Origin: Dehalococcoidia bacterium
Lineage (GTDB): Bacteria; Chloroflexota; Dehalococcoidia; Lucifugimonadales; Lucifugimonadaceae
Reading direction: 5' to 3'
Length of the DNA stretch: 64,000 bases
Assembly: GCA_034423055.1 (NCBI GenBank)
Contig: DAOUJE010000044.1
Location: 6,328-70,327, forward strand
Shown: in pieces, positions 9,882-19,660 of the stretch
How positions within the stretch are numbered: position 1 is the first letter of the stretch
Layout of the letters: each line of letters starts with the position of its first letter
Made by a program: the position numbers and the translations under genes
The notes under the pieces: model-generated
Database searches by the model: none
The model's input: only the letters and a program-made list of their open reading frames with translations
Told to the model about the DNA's origin: nothing

Positions 9882-11993
9882 ATGAACTTGTCGCTATCGG
9901 TGCGGTTATCGCTACTAACATTGGTAGTCCTCGTAACGTTATTGTTTGTTGCTTGCCAAGATGACCCGGATCCCGTCACCATAATCAAAGAGGTCCCGGT
10001 GGAAGTCATCAAAGAGGTCGAGGTGGAGAAGGAGGTCATCAAGGAAGTTCCTGTCGAGAAAGAGGTGATTAAAGAGGTCGAGGTTGAAAAGGTGGTGGAG
10101 AAGATCGTCGAGGTAGAGAAGATTGTTGAACCCACCCCGGAACCAGAAGTTTCAGCAGGGCCGCCGATTTATCAGATGGGGATTTTCGAGGAGCCCATCT
10201 CAAGGAACTTCTGGAACTACTACGGCGGGCCGGCGGGTTCGGTATGGACGCAATACGTCCTCGATGGTCACTCGGGTGCGTTGTACGGCTACTCGGACCA
10301 GCGGTTCGATTGGGTGCCGGGTCTGGCGGCCGACTTCCCAACCGATCTGGTGAAGGAGACCGTCGGCGACGGCGAGTTCTGGACGGCAGAAGTACCGATC
10401 AGGAACGACGTTACTTGGAGCGATGGACAACAGCTGGATGCCAACGATTTCGTCTTCACCGTCAACACGGTCATGGACTTGAATCTCTCGTCGAGCTGGG
10501 CATCAGTGGTCGACCAGGCTTTCCTTGACCGCGTCGAAGCACTTGACAGTCACACTCTTAAGGTCTATTTCAAGACCGCAGATGAAGAAGGTAATCCACA
10601 GACACCAGGGTTGAGCGTGTGGCAGTTCGGATTGGGGTTCATGCCGGTACTCGCCGAACACTACTGGGCGCCAGTCGTTGAAGAGGTCAAGAAAGCCGGA
10701 GAGATCGAGCAGCAGCAGGAAGCCCTGTTCGCGCACATCCCGGACGGAGAGCCGTCCCTTGGCGGATTCACTTTCAACAAGTGGGAACCCGGCGCATTCT
10801 TCGAGAACAACACCGATCCCAATTACTTCGACAGCGGAACCGTGGTCAGCTTATACGAGAACGGTGCCTACTCGGTATCCAACGAGCGGACCGGACACTC
10901 AGCTACCTACTTCGGAGAGGCCAGCGGTGAGAAGGTGCTGGAGTACACGGTCGGGCCGCACGTCGAGTCGGAGTTGTTCAGCATCTACGGAAACCAAGAC
11001 GCGGCGATCCTAGCTCTCACAAAGGGCGACATCGACTACGTCTTCAACCCGCTTGGGCTGGAAAAAGGTTTCCTCGACCGTGTAAGAAATACGCCAGACC
11101 TACAGATAGCCACCAACGCCAACAACGGTGTCCGTTACATGGGTTTCAACGTTCGGAAGCCACCGATGGACATCACGGAGTTCAGGCAGGCGATCGCCAC
11201 GGTGATCGACAAGGAGTTCGTGGCAAGGACCGTGCTTCAAGACGCGGCTATCCCCGTCTACGCGATGGTGCCGGAGGGCAACGAGTTTTGGCACAACGCA
11301 GACGTTCCGACCTACGGCAAAGACTTGAGCCGCGGCGAGCGGATATCACAAGCCGTCGAGCTTCTCAAGAGCGCGGGTTTCACATACGAGGAAGAGCCCG
11401 AGATCAGCGAGGACGGCAACTTCATCGCGAAGCAAGGCAAAGGGCTTAAGATGCCAGACGGTACGCCAGTCCCCGAGATGACACTTTTGGCACCAAGCGC
11501 GGGTTACGATCCGATGCGGTCTACGTTCGCCATCTGGGTAGATCGGTGGCTGAACGACATCGGGATACCCGTGCGCGCCCAGTTGACTGGTTTCAACGTG
11601 ATCGTGGATGCGCTTTTCAGCGACACCGTCGCGGAAGACCTCGACATGTGGATCCTCGGTTGGGGACTCTCGATCTTCCCGGACTACTTGGAGAACTTCT
11701 TCCACAGCAGGCACTCGCCTGAGATCGGCGGCGGCTACAACTGGGGCGGATACGCCAACAGCGAGTTCGACGAACTCGCGCTCGGGTTGCTGTCGGAGAC
11801 GACGATCGATGGAGCGCGCGACAAGGTCTTCCAACTCCAAGAGTTCCTAGCCGAAGAGCTACCATACGTGCCGCTGTTCACCACCCCGAAGTTGGACGCG
11901 TACCGCCCGTCGCGGATCGAGTTCCCCTACACGTCGGTGCTCGGCGGACTAGAACAGCAGAATGGAATGCAGCAGGAAGTGGTGATCAAGTAG
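9882..11993 (+). CDS. ABC transporter substrate-binding lipoprotein, family 5 (peptide/nickel, OppA/DppA-like)
   Basis: 703-aa ORF with AAGGGAG SD. Signal peptide with lipobox LFVAC. SBP-5-like body; followed by OppBCDF-like genes. Confidence 0.8.
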   Translation: MNLSLSVRLSLLTLVVLVTLLFVACQDDPDPVTIIKEVPVEVIKEVEVEKEVIKEVPVEKEVIKEVEVEKVVEKIVEVEKIVEPTPEPEVSAGPPIYQMGIFEEPISRNFWNYYGGPAGSVWTQYVLDGHSGALYGYSDQRFDWVPGLAADFPTDLVKETVGDGEFWTAEVPIRNDVTWSDGQQLDANDFVFTVNTVMDLNLSSSWASVVDQAFLDRVEALDSHTLKVYFKTADEEGNPQTPGLSVWQFGLGFMPVLAEHYWAPVVEEVKKAGEIEQQQEALFAHIPDGEPSLGGFTFNKWEPGAFFENNTDPNYFDSGTVVSLYENGAYSVSNERTGHSATYFGEASGEKVLEYTVGPHVESELFSIYGNQDAAILALTKGDIDYVFNPLGLEKGFLDRVRNTPDLQIATNANNGVRYMGFNVRKPPMDITEFRQAIATVIDKEFVARTVLQDAAIPVYAMVPEGNEFWHNADVPTYGKDLSRGERISQAVELLKSAGFTYEEEPEISEDGNFIAKQGKGLKMPDGTPVPEMTLLAPSAGYDPMRSTFAIWVDRWLNDIGIPVRAQLTGFNVIVDALFSDTVAEDLDMWILGWGLSIFPDYLENFFHSRHSPEIGGGYNWGGYANSEFDELALGLLSETTIDGARDKVFQLQEFLAEELPYVPLFTTPKLDAYRPSRIEFPYTSVLGGLEQQNGMQQEVVIK
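9984..10130 (+). repeat. In-frame degenerate tandem repeat encoding an (I/V)KEV(P/E)VE(KEV) tether after the lipobox
   Basis: Protein residues 35-83: IKEVPVEV IKEVEVEKEV IKEVPVEKEV IKEVEVEKVVEK IVEVEK IVE. The DNA units atcaaagaggtc... visibly repeat. Confidence 0.85.
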
Positions 11994-11999
11994 TAAACT

Positions 12000-12090
12000 G
12001 CCCCTTTCGCGGAGCGAAGAGGGCGCGAACCTTTCCTCTCCCCTTGTCGAAGGGGAGATACAGAGGGGTTCTCGCCAGGGGATGCCCGCC
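12000..12090. repeat. REP-like GC-rich palindromic element block between the SBP and permease genes
   Basis: Hairpin gcccctttcgc-gga-gcgaagagggc at 12000-12024. Perfect hairpin CTCCCCTT-gtcg-AAGGGGAG at 12038-12057. Ends with ggggatgcccg. Related copies at 18401-18426 and 46654-46675. Confidence 0.7.
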
Positions 12091-12113
12091 GCTATGATTC
12101 CCAAAACCGGCTG

Positions 12114-13262
12114 ATGGCCAAGTACTTGCTGAAGAGGACGGCGCAGATTCTCGTCACGCTGTTCGTCTTTCTGTCGCTCGTTTTCTTCATCGTCAACGCC
12201 CAGCCGGGAGATGTCAGCAACTTCTACGCGCTGAACCCTGATGTACCGCCTGAGACGCGAGAGCGGCTGCGGGATCTGTTCGGCGTGAACGAACCGCTGT
12301 GGAAGCAGTACGTCGTACACATCAAAAACACGTTCACCGGGAACTTCGGCATATCCTTCAGTCACTACCCGAGGTCGGTGGCCGACGTCATCAAAGAGAG
12401 GCTGCCTAGGACGGTCGTACTTTTCATGACCGCGACCGCGCTCTCCTTCTATCTCGGGTTTGGTCTCGGAAAGGTCGTCGCGTGGCGGAGAGGGGGATGG
12501 TTCGAATACACGTCAACCGTAAGCGGAGTCACGCTCTACACGGTCTTCACTCCGTGGTTCGGACTGATGATGATCTGGCTCTTCGCATTCAAGGCGGGTT
12601 GGTTCCCGATCGGCAAATTCCTCGATCCCGTCTTGTGGCGAGATGCACCCGTCGACGCCAATTCGGTGTTTACCCAGATGATCTTGACAGCATTCGCGGT
12701 GTCTTTCGTCGTACTCACCGTGTTCGTCGTCACGGCACAAAGGCGGATGAGCAATGCGCGGATCATTCGTGTCGTTAGCATGGCTTTGGCTACTCTCGCC
12801 GTAGTTGCAGTTTGGATGGCGTCGGGAACAGTGGCCTACGCTTGGGACATTTTGCGGCACATGGTCCTGCCCGTCGTAACGCTGACGTTGATCAGCTTCG
12901 CCGGGACGATGCTACTAACCCGCAACAGCATGCTCGAGACGATGCGGGAGGACTTCGTGATGGCCGCGCGTGCGAAGGGATTACCCGAGCGCGCAGTCCG
13001 CGACAAGCACGTCGCACGTAATGCCCTGCTGCCAGTCGTTACGAGCTTCATTTTCAGCCTCGCGTTCGCCGTAGATGGCGGTGTCATCACAGAGCAGATA
13101 TTCTCGTGGCCCGGCATGGGGCAGACGCTCGTATCGGCGACGCTGACAGAAGACTTGCCGCTCGCGGTGGGCGCATTCGTCTTCGTCGGAATCTTCGTGT
13201 TAGTCGCCCACCTTGTCGCGGACATCCTGTACGCGTATCTCGACCCTAGGATCCGGTACTGA
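12114..13262 (+). CDS. ABC transporter permease (OppB/DppB-like)
   Basis: 382-aa multi-TM ORF; EAA-loop region REDFVMAARAKGLPERAVRDKHVARNALLPVVT. Confidence 0.85.
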   Translation: MAKYLLKRTAQILVTLFVFLSLVFFIVNAQPGDVSNFYALNPDVPPETRERLRDLFGVNEPLWKQYVVHIKNTFTGNFGISFSHYPRSVADVIKERLPRTVVLFMTATALSFYLGFGLGKVVAWRRGGWFEYTSTVSGVTLYTVFTPWFGLMMIWLFAFKAGWFPIGKFLDPVLWRDAPVDANSVFTQMILTAFAVSFVVLTVFVVTAQRRMSNARIIRVVSMALATLAVVAVWMASGTVAYAWDILRHMVLPVVTLTLISFAGTMLLTRNSMLETMREDFVMAARAKGLPERAVRDKHVARNALLPVVTSFIFSLAFAVDGGVITEQIFSWPGMGQTLVSATLTEDLPLAVGAFVFVGIFVLVAHLVADILYAYLDPRIRY

Positions 13263-14212
13263 TGGCGACCGTTAACGCTCAACCTGCCGTACCGAGTTCT
13301 GTTTGGCGTGCCCGACTGAGGCTGGCATCTCGATCCGTTCGCGAAAACTGGGGGCTTTTCGTCCGAACCCGCATCGGCCTGTTAGGTCTGGCGATAATCG
13401 CAATGTACGCGCTGCTGGCCGCGGCGCACCCCATCCTGATGAACACCGTCTGGGAACCGCGCATCTACGGTCCCGTCAACGGTTACGCGTTCGACGAAAC
13501 TAAGCAACCCGCGCCGCCAAGCCTAAAGCACCCATTGGGCACCGATCCGCTAGGTAGGGACATCCTCAGCCAGCTCATGTTCAGCGCGAGGTCAGAGTTC
13601 CTGCTCGGACTGCTTGCCGCGACAGTAACTGTCGTGATCGGGACTTCGGTAGGCGCAATCGCTGCATACTTCGGTGGCTGGGTCGACACGATCCTGATGA
13701 GGCTCGCCGACATCATGATCATGATGCCGGCCATCAGCGTCCTGATCGTCCTCAGCGCGCTAATCGGCGTCGAACACTTCGAACTGGCACTGTTGATCGG
13801 TATTCTGTCAGGCTTTGGCGCGACTGGCGTGGTACTGAAATCGCAGGCGCTGTCCGTAGTCGTCAAGCCATACATCGATGCCGCAAGGAGCGCAGGGGGA
13901 GGACACTTCCACATCATCTTGGTACACATAGTGCCTAATCTTCTCCCGCTTTCTTTCCTCTACATGATGTTCACCGTCACCAGCGCGATCTTCTCCGAAG
14001 CGGTGTTGAGCTTCCTCGGTCTCCTCAACGTGCGGATGAGTTGGGGGCTGATGATACACACCACCGAGTCGACCGGATACCTGCTGCAGGTTGCTGAGTT
14101 CTGGTGGCTAATATTCCCGGCCAGCTTGTCTATAACGCTGCTATGTTCCGCCTTCTATCTCGTCGGCCGTTCGCTCGACGAGGTGGTGAATCCAAGGCTG
14201 AGGAGCCGATGA
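13262..14212 (+). CDS. ABC transporter permease (OppC/DppC-like)
   Basis: The ATG overlaps the upstream TGA by 1 nt. PLGTDPLGRDILSQLMFSAR motif; multi-TM. Confidence 0.85.
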   Translation: MATVNAQPAVPSSVWRARLRLASRSVRENWGLFVRTRIGLLGLAIIAMYALLAAAHPILMNTVWEPRIYGPVNGYAFDETKQPAPPSLKHPLGTDPLGRDILSQLMFSARSEFLLGLLAATVTVVIGTSVGAIAAYFGGWVDTILMRLADIMIMMPAISVLIVLSALIGVEHFELALLIGILSGFGATGVVLKSQALSVVVKPYIDAARSAGGGHFHIILVHIVPNLLPLSFLYMMFTVTSAIFSEAVLSFLGLLNVRMSWGLMIHTTESTGYLLQVAEFWWLIFPASLSITLLCSAFYLVGRSLDEVVNPRLRSR

Positions 14213-15174
14213 CAACCGATCCAGTCCTAACCGTCGACGACCTGAGGATGCACTACGTGACCCAAGCGGGAGTAGTGCGTGCGGTTGATGGTGTCTCGTT
14301 CTCGGTGGAACGTGGACAGTCGCTCGGACTCGTTGGCGAATCCGGCTGCGGCAAGTCGTCGATCGCCATGACCCTGCTAAAGCTGCTGCCGGACAACGCG
14401 AGGCTCGTTTCAGGCAGCATCTCGTTGAACGGCGTCGATCTCGTGCCTCTCAGTGAAGACGAGATGCGAGTCCACCGATGGGATCGAATTTCGATGGTGT
14501 TTCAAGCTGCGATGAACTCACTCGATCCGGTGTATCGCGTCGGTGACCAGATCGTAGAGGCGTTGGAAGCGCACTACCCGTCGGCAGGTCGAGACGCGAT
14601 GGAGCGAGTACGCGAGCTTTTCGATCTGGTGAGCCTAGACCCGAGCTACATATTGCGCTACCCGCACGAATACAGCGGAGGCATGAGGCAGCGCGCCATC
14701 ATCGCCATGGCGTTGGCGTGCGAACCAGACATCATCATCGCCGACGAACCGACGACTGCGTTAGACGTTATCGTCCAGGACCACATACTCCGGGAGATGC
14801 AGACGATCCAGCGTTCACTTGACATGAGTATGATCTACATCTCGCACGACATGGCAGTGATCGCCGAGGTCTGCGACGTTGTGGGCGTGATGTATGCCGG
14901 GAAACTCGTCGAGTTCGGACCTACTGCCGACGTATACGCAAGCCCCATCCATCCCTATACGCGCGCACTCATGTCTGCCTTTCCCAGCGTGCGCGGCGAG
15001 AAGCACGAACTGGTCTCCTTGCCGGGAGAACCTCCGAACCTACTCGATCCGCCGAGCGGATGCGCCTTCAATCCGCGATGCGCGTACGCGACTGACGAAT
15101 GCCGAACATCCGTCCCGCCGATCGTAAAGCGCGGAGACCAATGGGCAACTTGCTGGAATCCATCGGAAGAGTGA
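14209..15174 (+). CDS. Oligopeptide/dipeptide ABC transporter ATP-binding protein (OppD-like)
   Basis: ATGA overlap with the upstream stop. The track ORF starts earlier at 14104 but overlaps the permease. Walker A GESGCGKS, signature YSGGMRQR, Walker B IIIADEPT. Confidence 0.85.
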   Translation: MTTDPVLTVDDLRMHYVTQAGVVRAVDGVSFSVERGQSLGLVGESGCGKSSIAMTLLKLLPDNARLVSGSISLNGVDLVPLSEDEMRVHRWDRISMVFQAAMNSLDPVYRVGDQIVEALEAHYPSAGRDAMERVRELFDLVSLDPSYILRYPHEYSGGMRQRAIIAMALACEPDIIIADEPTTALDVIVQDHILREMQTIQRSLDMSMIYISHDMAVIAEVCDVVGVMYAGKLVEFGPTADVYASPIHPYTRALMSAFPSVRGEKHELVSLPGEPPNLLDPPSGCAFNPRCAYATDECRTSVPPIVKRGDQWATCWNPSEE

Positions 15175-15178
15175 AGCC

Positions 15179-16198
15179 ATGATCGACACTCAACCCGCAC
15201 ACACGACTTCATCTCGCCTGCTGTTGAGGGCGGTGGATGTTTCCAAGCTGTATCCACTGTCCTCTGGATGGTGGAATCGAAATCCTAGTTTTGTCCACGC
15301 GGTGGACGGCGTGTCGTTTGATCTGATGGCGGGCGAAACCCTCGGTCTCGTCGGCGAATCGGGTTGCGGAAAGACGACCACGGGCAGGATGCTGGTGCGA
15401 CTTGCCGAACCGACCGATGGCCAGGTACTTTTCGAGAACGAGTCTGGCGATCTTGAGGACATCGCTCACCTCAAAGGGCAGCCTCTAAAGGATTTCAGGC
15501 GCAGAGCGCAGATGGTGTTCCAGGACCCGTACGAGTCGATGAATCCTAGGCGGACGATTTTCGATACGGTCGCAGAGCCTTTGCAGGTCCAGAAGATAGG
15601 CGATCACACGGAAAGGTTCGAACGTGTTTCCGAAACTCTCGGCTTGGTCGGGCTCACGCCACCGTCTTCATTTCTGTTCAGATTCCCACATGAGTTGTCA
15701 GGCGGTCAAAGACAACGGGTGGCGATAGCAAGAGCGCTGGTGATGAATCCATCGTTCGTAGTCGCCGACGAGCCGACGTCGATGCTGGACATCTCCATCA
15801 GAACCGGCATCATGCAACTCATGGGCGAGTTGGCAGATCGCCTAGGCATCAGCTACCTCTACATCACACACGACCTCGCCGTCGCGAGGTACATGTGCAG
15901 CCGAATCGCGGTCATGTATCTCGGCAAAATCGTCGAAATGGGCGAGACCGAAGAAGTCCTCCAGAATCCCGTTCACCCCTACACCAAGGCGCTCCTGTCG
16001 GCAGTCCCAATTCCGGACCCAGAAGCAACCAGAGATCCAATCGACATCAAAGGCTCCGTCTCAGTGCCAGTGGATCCCTTCCCACGATGTAGGTTCTACG
16101 ACCGCTGCCCAATCGCCGATAACCACTGTCAAAACAACGACCACCCGCCGCTCGAGGACAAAGGAAGCGGACGCCTAGCTGCGTGCTACAAAGCGTGA
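15179..16198 (+). CDS. Oligopeptide/dipeptide ABC transporter ATP-binding protein (OppF-like)
   Basis: [36 protein letters not shown]. Confidence 0.85.
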   Translation: MIDTQPAHTTSSRLLLRAVDVSKLYPLSSGWWNRNPSFVHAVDGVSFDLMAGETLGLVGESGCGKTTTGRMLVRLAEPTDGQVLFENESGDLEDIAHLKGQPLKDFRRRAQMVFQDPYESMNPRRTIFDTVAEPLQVQKIGDHTERFERVSETLGLVGLTPPSSFLFRFPHELSGGQRQRVAIARALVMNPSFVVADEPTSMLDISIRTGIMQLMGELADRLGISYLYITHDLAVARYMCSRIAVMYLGKIVEMGETEEVLQNPVHPYTKALLSAVPIPDPEATRDPIDIKGSVSVPVDPFPRCRFYDRCPIADNHCQNNDHPPLEDKGSGRLAACYKA

Positions 16199-16261
16199 GC
16201 GGCTCGGGGTGCGACAGATCGACGCCGAATGTGCGCTGCCGGGCGTGAAACGACGAACTGA

Positions 16262-16354
16262 TGGCGGAGGGTGCGGGATTCGAACCCGCGAGGGGGCTCA
16301 ACACCCCCAACCCGCTTAGCAGGCGGGCGCACTAGGCCACTATGCGAACCCTCC
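16262..16354 (-). tRNA. tRNA-Ser (anticodon GCU)
   Basis: 93-nt cloverleaf read by eye: GGAGGGT acceptor pairing with ACCCTCC; anticodon stem CCCGC/GCGGG with loop CTGCTAA (anticodon at 16318-16320); long variable arm GGGGG-tgttgag-CCCCC; T arm GCGGG-TTCGAAT-CCCGC; encoded CCA. Confidence 0.9.
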
Positions 16355-16428
16355 GTGCCTGATACTCTCCATTCTATCCCCCAACATCATTCCCATCCTT
16401 TCTTATCCTTACGCATCCTAGTTCAAAT

Positions 16429-17250
16429 TCAAGAAATCAACTTCCTGCGTAGCAGAACGTAAGACAACGGCAGCACTACCGCGATCATTACCACCAAAAA
16501 CGCCAAGTCCCACACCAGCGAGGCATCAATAGTGTTCGTCGAGAATGCGCGGCTCAGATTCACCGCCGGCGCCAAGGGTATGAAGTTCGAGATCGTCTGC
16601 GCCCACGATGGCAACACCTCGAACGGGTAGAAGATGCCGCTGAACATGAACATCGGCGTACCGACTACTGTGAACACCAGCGTCACAAAATTCACATGCG
16701 GCGCTGCCGACGAAAATAGGAACCCGACACTGGCAAAAAGCACCGACACCAGAAACACGGGAAGTACGACGAACACCACTGTCCACTCGTTGATCCAACC
16801 GAAAGCCACCGCGATCACAGCTATCGACGCCATGCTGATAAACGCACGAGTCACACCGAACGAAATATCCGCGATCAACACCTCGACCACCGACAACGGT
16901 GCGGTCAACTGCGTGTCGTAAAGCTGGTTCTCCATCCGGTTGTACGCCCCCATCGAACACTCCACCATCGGCACGAACATCGCACTACCAACGATGATTC
17001 CCGGTGCCACGAACTCTGGATACGGAATCTCGGTTCCAGGTACCGTCGGCACTAACCTTCCGATGCCGACACCGACACCGATCATCATCACGACCGGCTC
17101 GACGAACATGAACGCCACCGCGTACTTCCAGAACCGAATGAACGCGAACCAGTGTCGAAGCCACAACGCCGCAATGCTTCGATAGCGGATTCCCGCGATC
17201 GTCTTCAGCTCGGTCCGTGTCTCGTTCAAAAATATGACTTCGGTACTCAT
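16429..17250 (-). CDS. ABC-2 type transporter permease
   Basis: 273-aa, 6-TM-like ORF overlapping the upstream ATPase gene by 4 nt. Confidence 0.75.
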   Translation of the reverse strand: MSTEVIFLNETRTELKTIAGIRYRSIAALWLRHWFAFIRFWKYAVAFMFVEPVVMMIGVGVGIGRLVPTVPGTEIPYPEFVAPGIIVGSAMFVPMVECSMGAYNRMENQLYDTQLTAPLSVVEVLIADISFGVTRAFISMASIAVIAVAFGWINEWTVVFVVLPVFLVSVLFASVGFLFSSAAPHVNFVTLVFTVVGTPMFMFSGIFYPFEVLPSWAQTISNFIPLAPAVNLSRAFSTNTIDASLVWDLAFLVVMIAVVLPLSYVLLRRKLIS

Positions 17251-18203
17251 TCGTCTCTCAACTCTCTACCGGTCAGGACCAAGAACACGTCTTCTAAGTG
17301 CGCTGGACGATACGTGACCCGCATATCAACTATGCCCGTCAGCGTCGAGACATCCGGTTTCGTGCCTCGCGGCGCCGTAACCAGTATCCTCGGCCCGACC
17401 TCGCTGTAATCGCGCCCTTCTTCATTTAATTGACGTCTGAGCGCGGCTCGCCCCTCACGCGTGGCAGAATCGCTGATCTGCAACATCGCGACCTCCGCAC
17501 CCACGTGATGTCTGACGACCTCATCCGGTTCGCCGATGTCGAGGATGTTGCCGTGATCCATGATCGCCAAGCGATCGCACAGCGTCTCCGCCTCGATCAT
17601 GTAGTGGGTTGACATGATGATCGTCACGCCCGATTCTTTCAGGGCTCCCAGCTGCTCCCAAACCCGATTGCGGCTCTGGGGATCCAGACCCGTCGTCGGT
17701 TCATCCATCACCAGCAGCCGCGGACTCGCCATCATCGCCCGCGCAATCGCCAACCTCCGCTTCATACCGCCCGACAACGCATGAATGCTCGCATTAGCCC
17801 GGCTCTCGAGGTTGAAGAAACCCAACACCTCTTTGGTCCGCTTGATCGCATTCCGATACGATAGCCCTGCTAAATAGCCGTGCATCTCCAAGTTCCGATG
17901 CACCACCAACGAGTTGTCTAGACCGTCGTGCTGCGTCACAACACCAATCACATTCCGCACGTCCCGCCCTGACTTTCCGACATCCATGCCAGCAACCGTG
18001 ATCGAACCATCGGTTGCCGGAGAAAGGCCAGCCAGCATCCGCATCGTCGTCGTCTTGCCCGCGCCGTTTGGTCCGAGCAACCCAAACGTCTCCCCAAGCT
18101 TCACCTCGAACTCGATGCCGTCAACCGCGCGCAACTCATCGTAGTCCTTAACCAAATTGGACACGTGAACCAAGTTTTCTGTTGCGACCTGAGTTTGAGA
18201 CAT
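17247..18203 (-). CDS. ABC transporter ATP-binding protein (DrrA-like exporter ATPase)
   Basis: GPNGAGKTT, LSGGMKRRLAIARAM, LLVMDEPTTGLD. Confidence 0.85.
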   Translation of the reverse strand: MSQTQVATENLVHVSNLVKDYDELRAVDGIEFEVKLGETFGLLGPNGAGKTTTMRMLAGLSPATDGSITVAGMDVGKSGRDVRNVIGVVTQHDGLDNSLVVHRNLEMHGYLAGLSYRNAIKRTKEVLGFFNLESRANASIHALSGGMKRRLAIARAMMASPRLLVMDEPTTGLDPQSRNRVWEQLGALKESGVTIIMSTHYMIEAETLCDRLAIMDHGNILDIGEPDEVVRHHVGAEVAMLQISDSATREGRAALRRQLNEEGRDYSEVGPRILVTAPRGTKPDVSTLTGIVDMRVTYRPAHLEDVFLVLTGRELRDE

Positions 18204-18397
18204 GATCGAGTCGTGAAGCGCGCATCGCGATTGTCGCGCAACGATGCGGTCTAGTTGGGCAGGATGGCGAGGCTGGAAGATACGCCCCGTTACGAGCCAG
18301 AAATTTTCACCAAACCATGATTTCCACTATAAATCCACCACACCACGTTCTCAACCAGTCCCTCTCCTTGTAACGATGACTGGGATGACGCGCAACT

Positions 18398-18486
18398 TCG
18401 CCCCTTTACGCGAAGCGAAGGGGGCGCGAGCAAACGAAGTGATGCGAGCGGGGGATGCCCGGGAGAAGGGGAAGGACATCCTTCAA
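18398..18486. repeat. REP-like palindromic element copy
   Basis: cccctttacgcgaagcgaagggggcg at 18401-18426, plus gggggatgcccggg. Both ends match the block at 12000-12090. Confidence 0.6.
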
Positions 18487-18502
18487 ATCCGCGGTTCAGA
18501 CG

Positions 18503-19252
18503 CTACCCCGGCGTCTCCCCGATCCAAACCTCACCGTCCTCGAAATACTCCTTCTTCCAGATGGGCACGACCTCTTTCAACCGATCAATAAAATACAGCG
18601 CAGACTCAAACGCCGGACGCCGATGCGCCGCGCTCACCGCCAACACCATGCTCGTCTGACCGATGTCAACGCGACCAGTCCGGTGGCACACCGCGACATC
18701 ACCGATCCCCCACTTGTCTCGCATCTCGCCGATGATCTGCGTCATCATGTCCTCTGCCATCGGTGAATACGCCTCGTACTCCAACCACAACACACGTCGA
18801 CCATCATTGTGATCCCGCGTGATCCCGTGAAAAACAACGACCGCGCCATCCCGATCCGAACCCACCCTAGAGACCACCTCGTCAGCGTCGATTTCGTCGC
18901 CCGTAACCCACACATCCGAGACGCCGACCGCGCCACCGCTGACCGGAGGAATAACCGCTATCTCGTCGCCATCGCTCAAAACCGTCGACCGATCAGCATA
19001 CGCACCATTCCGCGCCAGCATCACGCTCTCAGGCAACGCATACTGGACGCCAGCCGACGCAATCGCTTCATCCACAGTTCCACCCAAAGTCGCACCGTAT
19101 GACATATTCAACTCCACACGACCAGTACCGACCCGTTCGCGGGCTCCGGCAAAAAACAGAACTGTCACGCGCACTCCGGGACCACCGTCTCGTCTAAGTT
19201 GAAGACCAAGTGAATCCAAGCGTAGCAAATCGAGTTTCGATGCCGACATCAT
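18503..19252 (-). CDS. Molybdopterin synthase MoaD-MoaE fusion protein
   Basis: N-terminal MoaD/ThiS-like part VTVLFFAGARERVG...IAVIPPVSGG, continuing without a stop into a MoaE-like part (GAVVVFHGITRD ... MVLAVSAAHRRPAFE ... PIWKKE). Start uncertain: a GTG at 19168 preceded by GGAG is plausible. Confidence 0.75.
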   Translation of the reverse strand: MMSASKLDLLRLDSLGLQLRRDGGPGVRVTVLFFAGARERVGTGRVELNMSYGATLGGTVDEAIASAGVQYALPESVMLARNGAYADRSTVLSDGDEIAVIPPVSGGAVGVSDVWVTGDEIDADEVVSRVGSDRDGAVVVFHGITRDHNDGRRVLWLEYEAYSPMAEDMMTQIIGEMRDKWGIGDVAVCHRTGRVDIGQTSMVLAVSAAHRRPAFESALYFIDRLKEVVPIWKKEYFEDGEVWIGETPG

Positions 19253-19295
19253 CGCCGCATTCAGTAAACAGAAACGGATCCAGATTCACTCCCTT

Positions 19296-19324
19296 TTGTC
19301 CCTGCCACCATCGTGCGATAAAAT
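19296..19324 (+). promoter_or_regulatory. Candidate sigma70-type promoter for rpsP
   Basis: TTGTCC (19296-19301), 17-nt spacer, TAAAAT (19319-19324), about 75 nt upstream of the rpsP ATG. Pattern match only. Confidence 0.35.
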
Positions 19325-19399
19325 CGAGACTCAGCATTCGCGCCGAAGCTATTCGGTGCACACAAGCAGATATCCGATCCCAGCATCGCTTGGAGATAC

Positions 19400-19660
19400 A
19401 TGGTTCGAATCAGACTAAAGAGAATCGGTGCCCGCGGCCGACCATACTACCGCATCGTCATCGCCGATCAGCGTAACTCAGCAGCCGGAAGGTACATTGA
19501 GCAAGTCGGTTTCTACGACCCCTTCCCCGACCCGCCGCAGATAGATTTCGACGAAGAAAAAACGCTCGAATGGCTCCGCAAAGGTGCCCAGCCGTCCGAG
19601 CCGGTTGAGCGCATGCTCAAATCAAAAGGCATTCTCAACAAGGTCAAGGCCAATGCTTGA
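19400..19660 (+). CDS. rpsP: 30S ribosomal protein S16
   Basis: MVRIRLKRIGARGRPYYRIVIADQRNSAAGRYIEQVGFYDPF; GGAGATAC SD. Confidence 0.95.
   Translation: MVRIRLKRIGARGRPYYRIVIADQRNSAAGRYIEQVGFYDPFPDPPQIDFDEEKTLEWLRKGAQPSEPVERMLKSKGILNKVKANA

Noticed and set aside
9875-10135. 86-aa minus-strand ORF rich in STSTS repeats
   Set aside because: It is the antisense reading of the EVK tandem repeat in the SBP gene.
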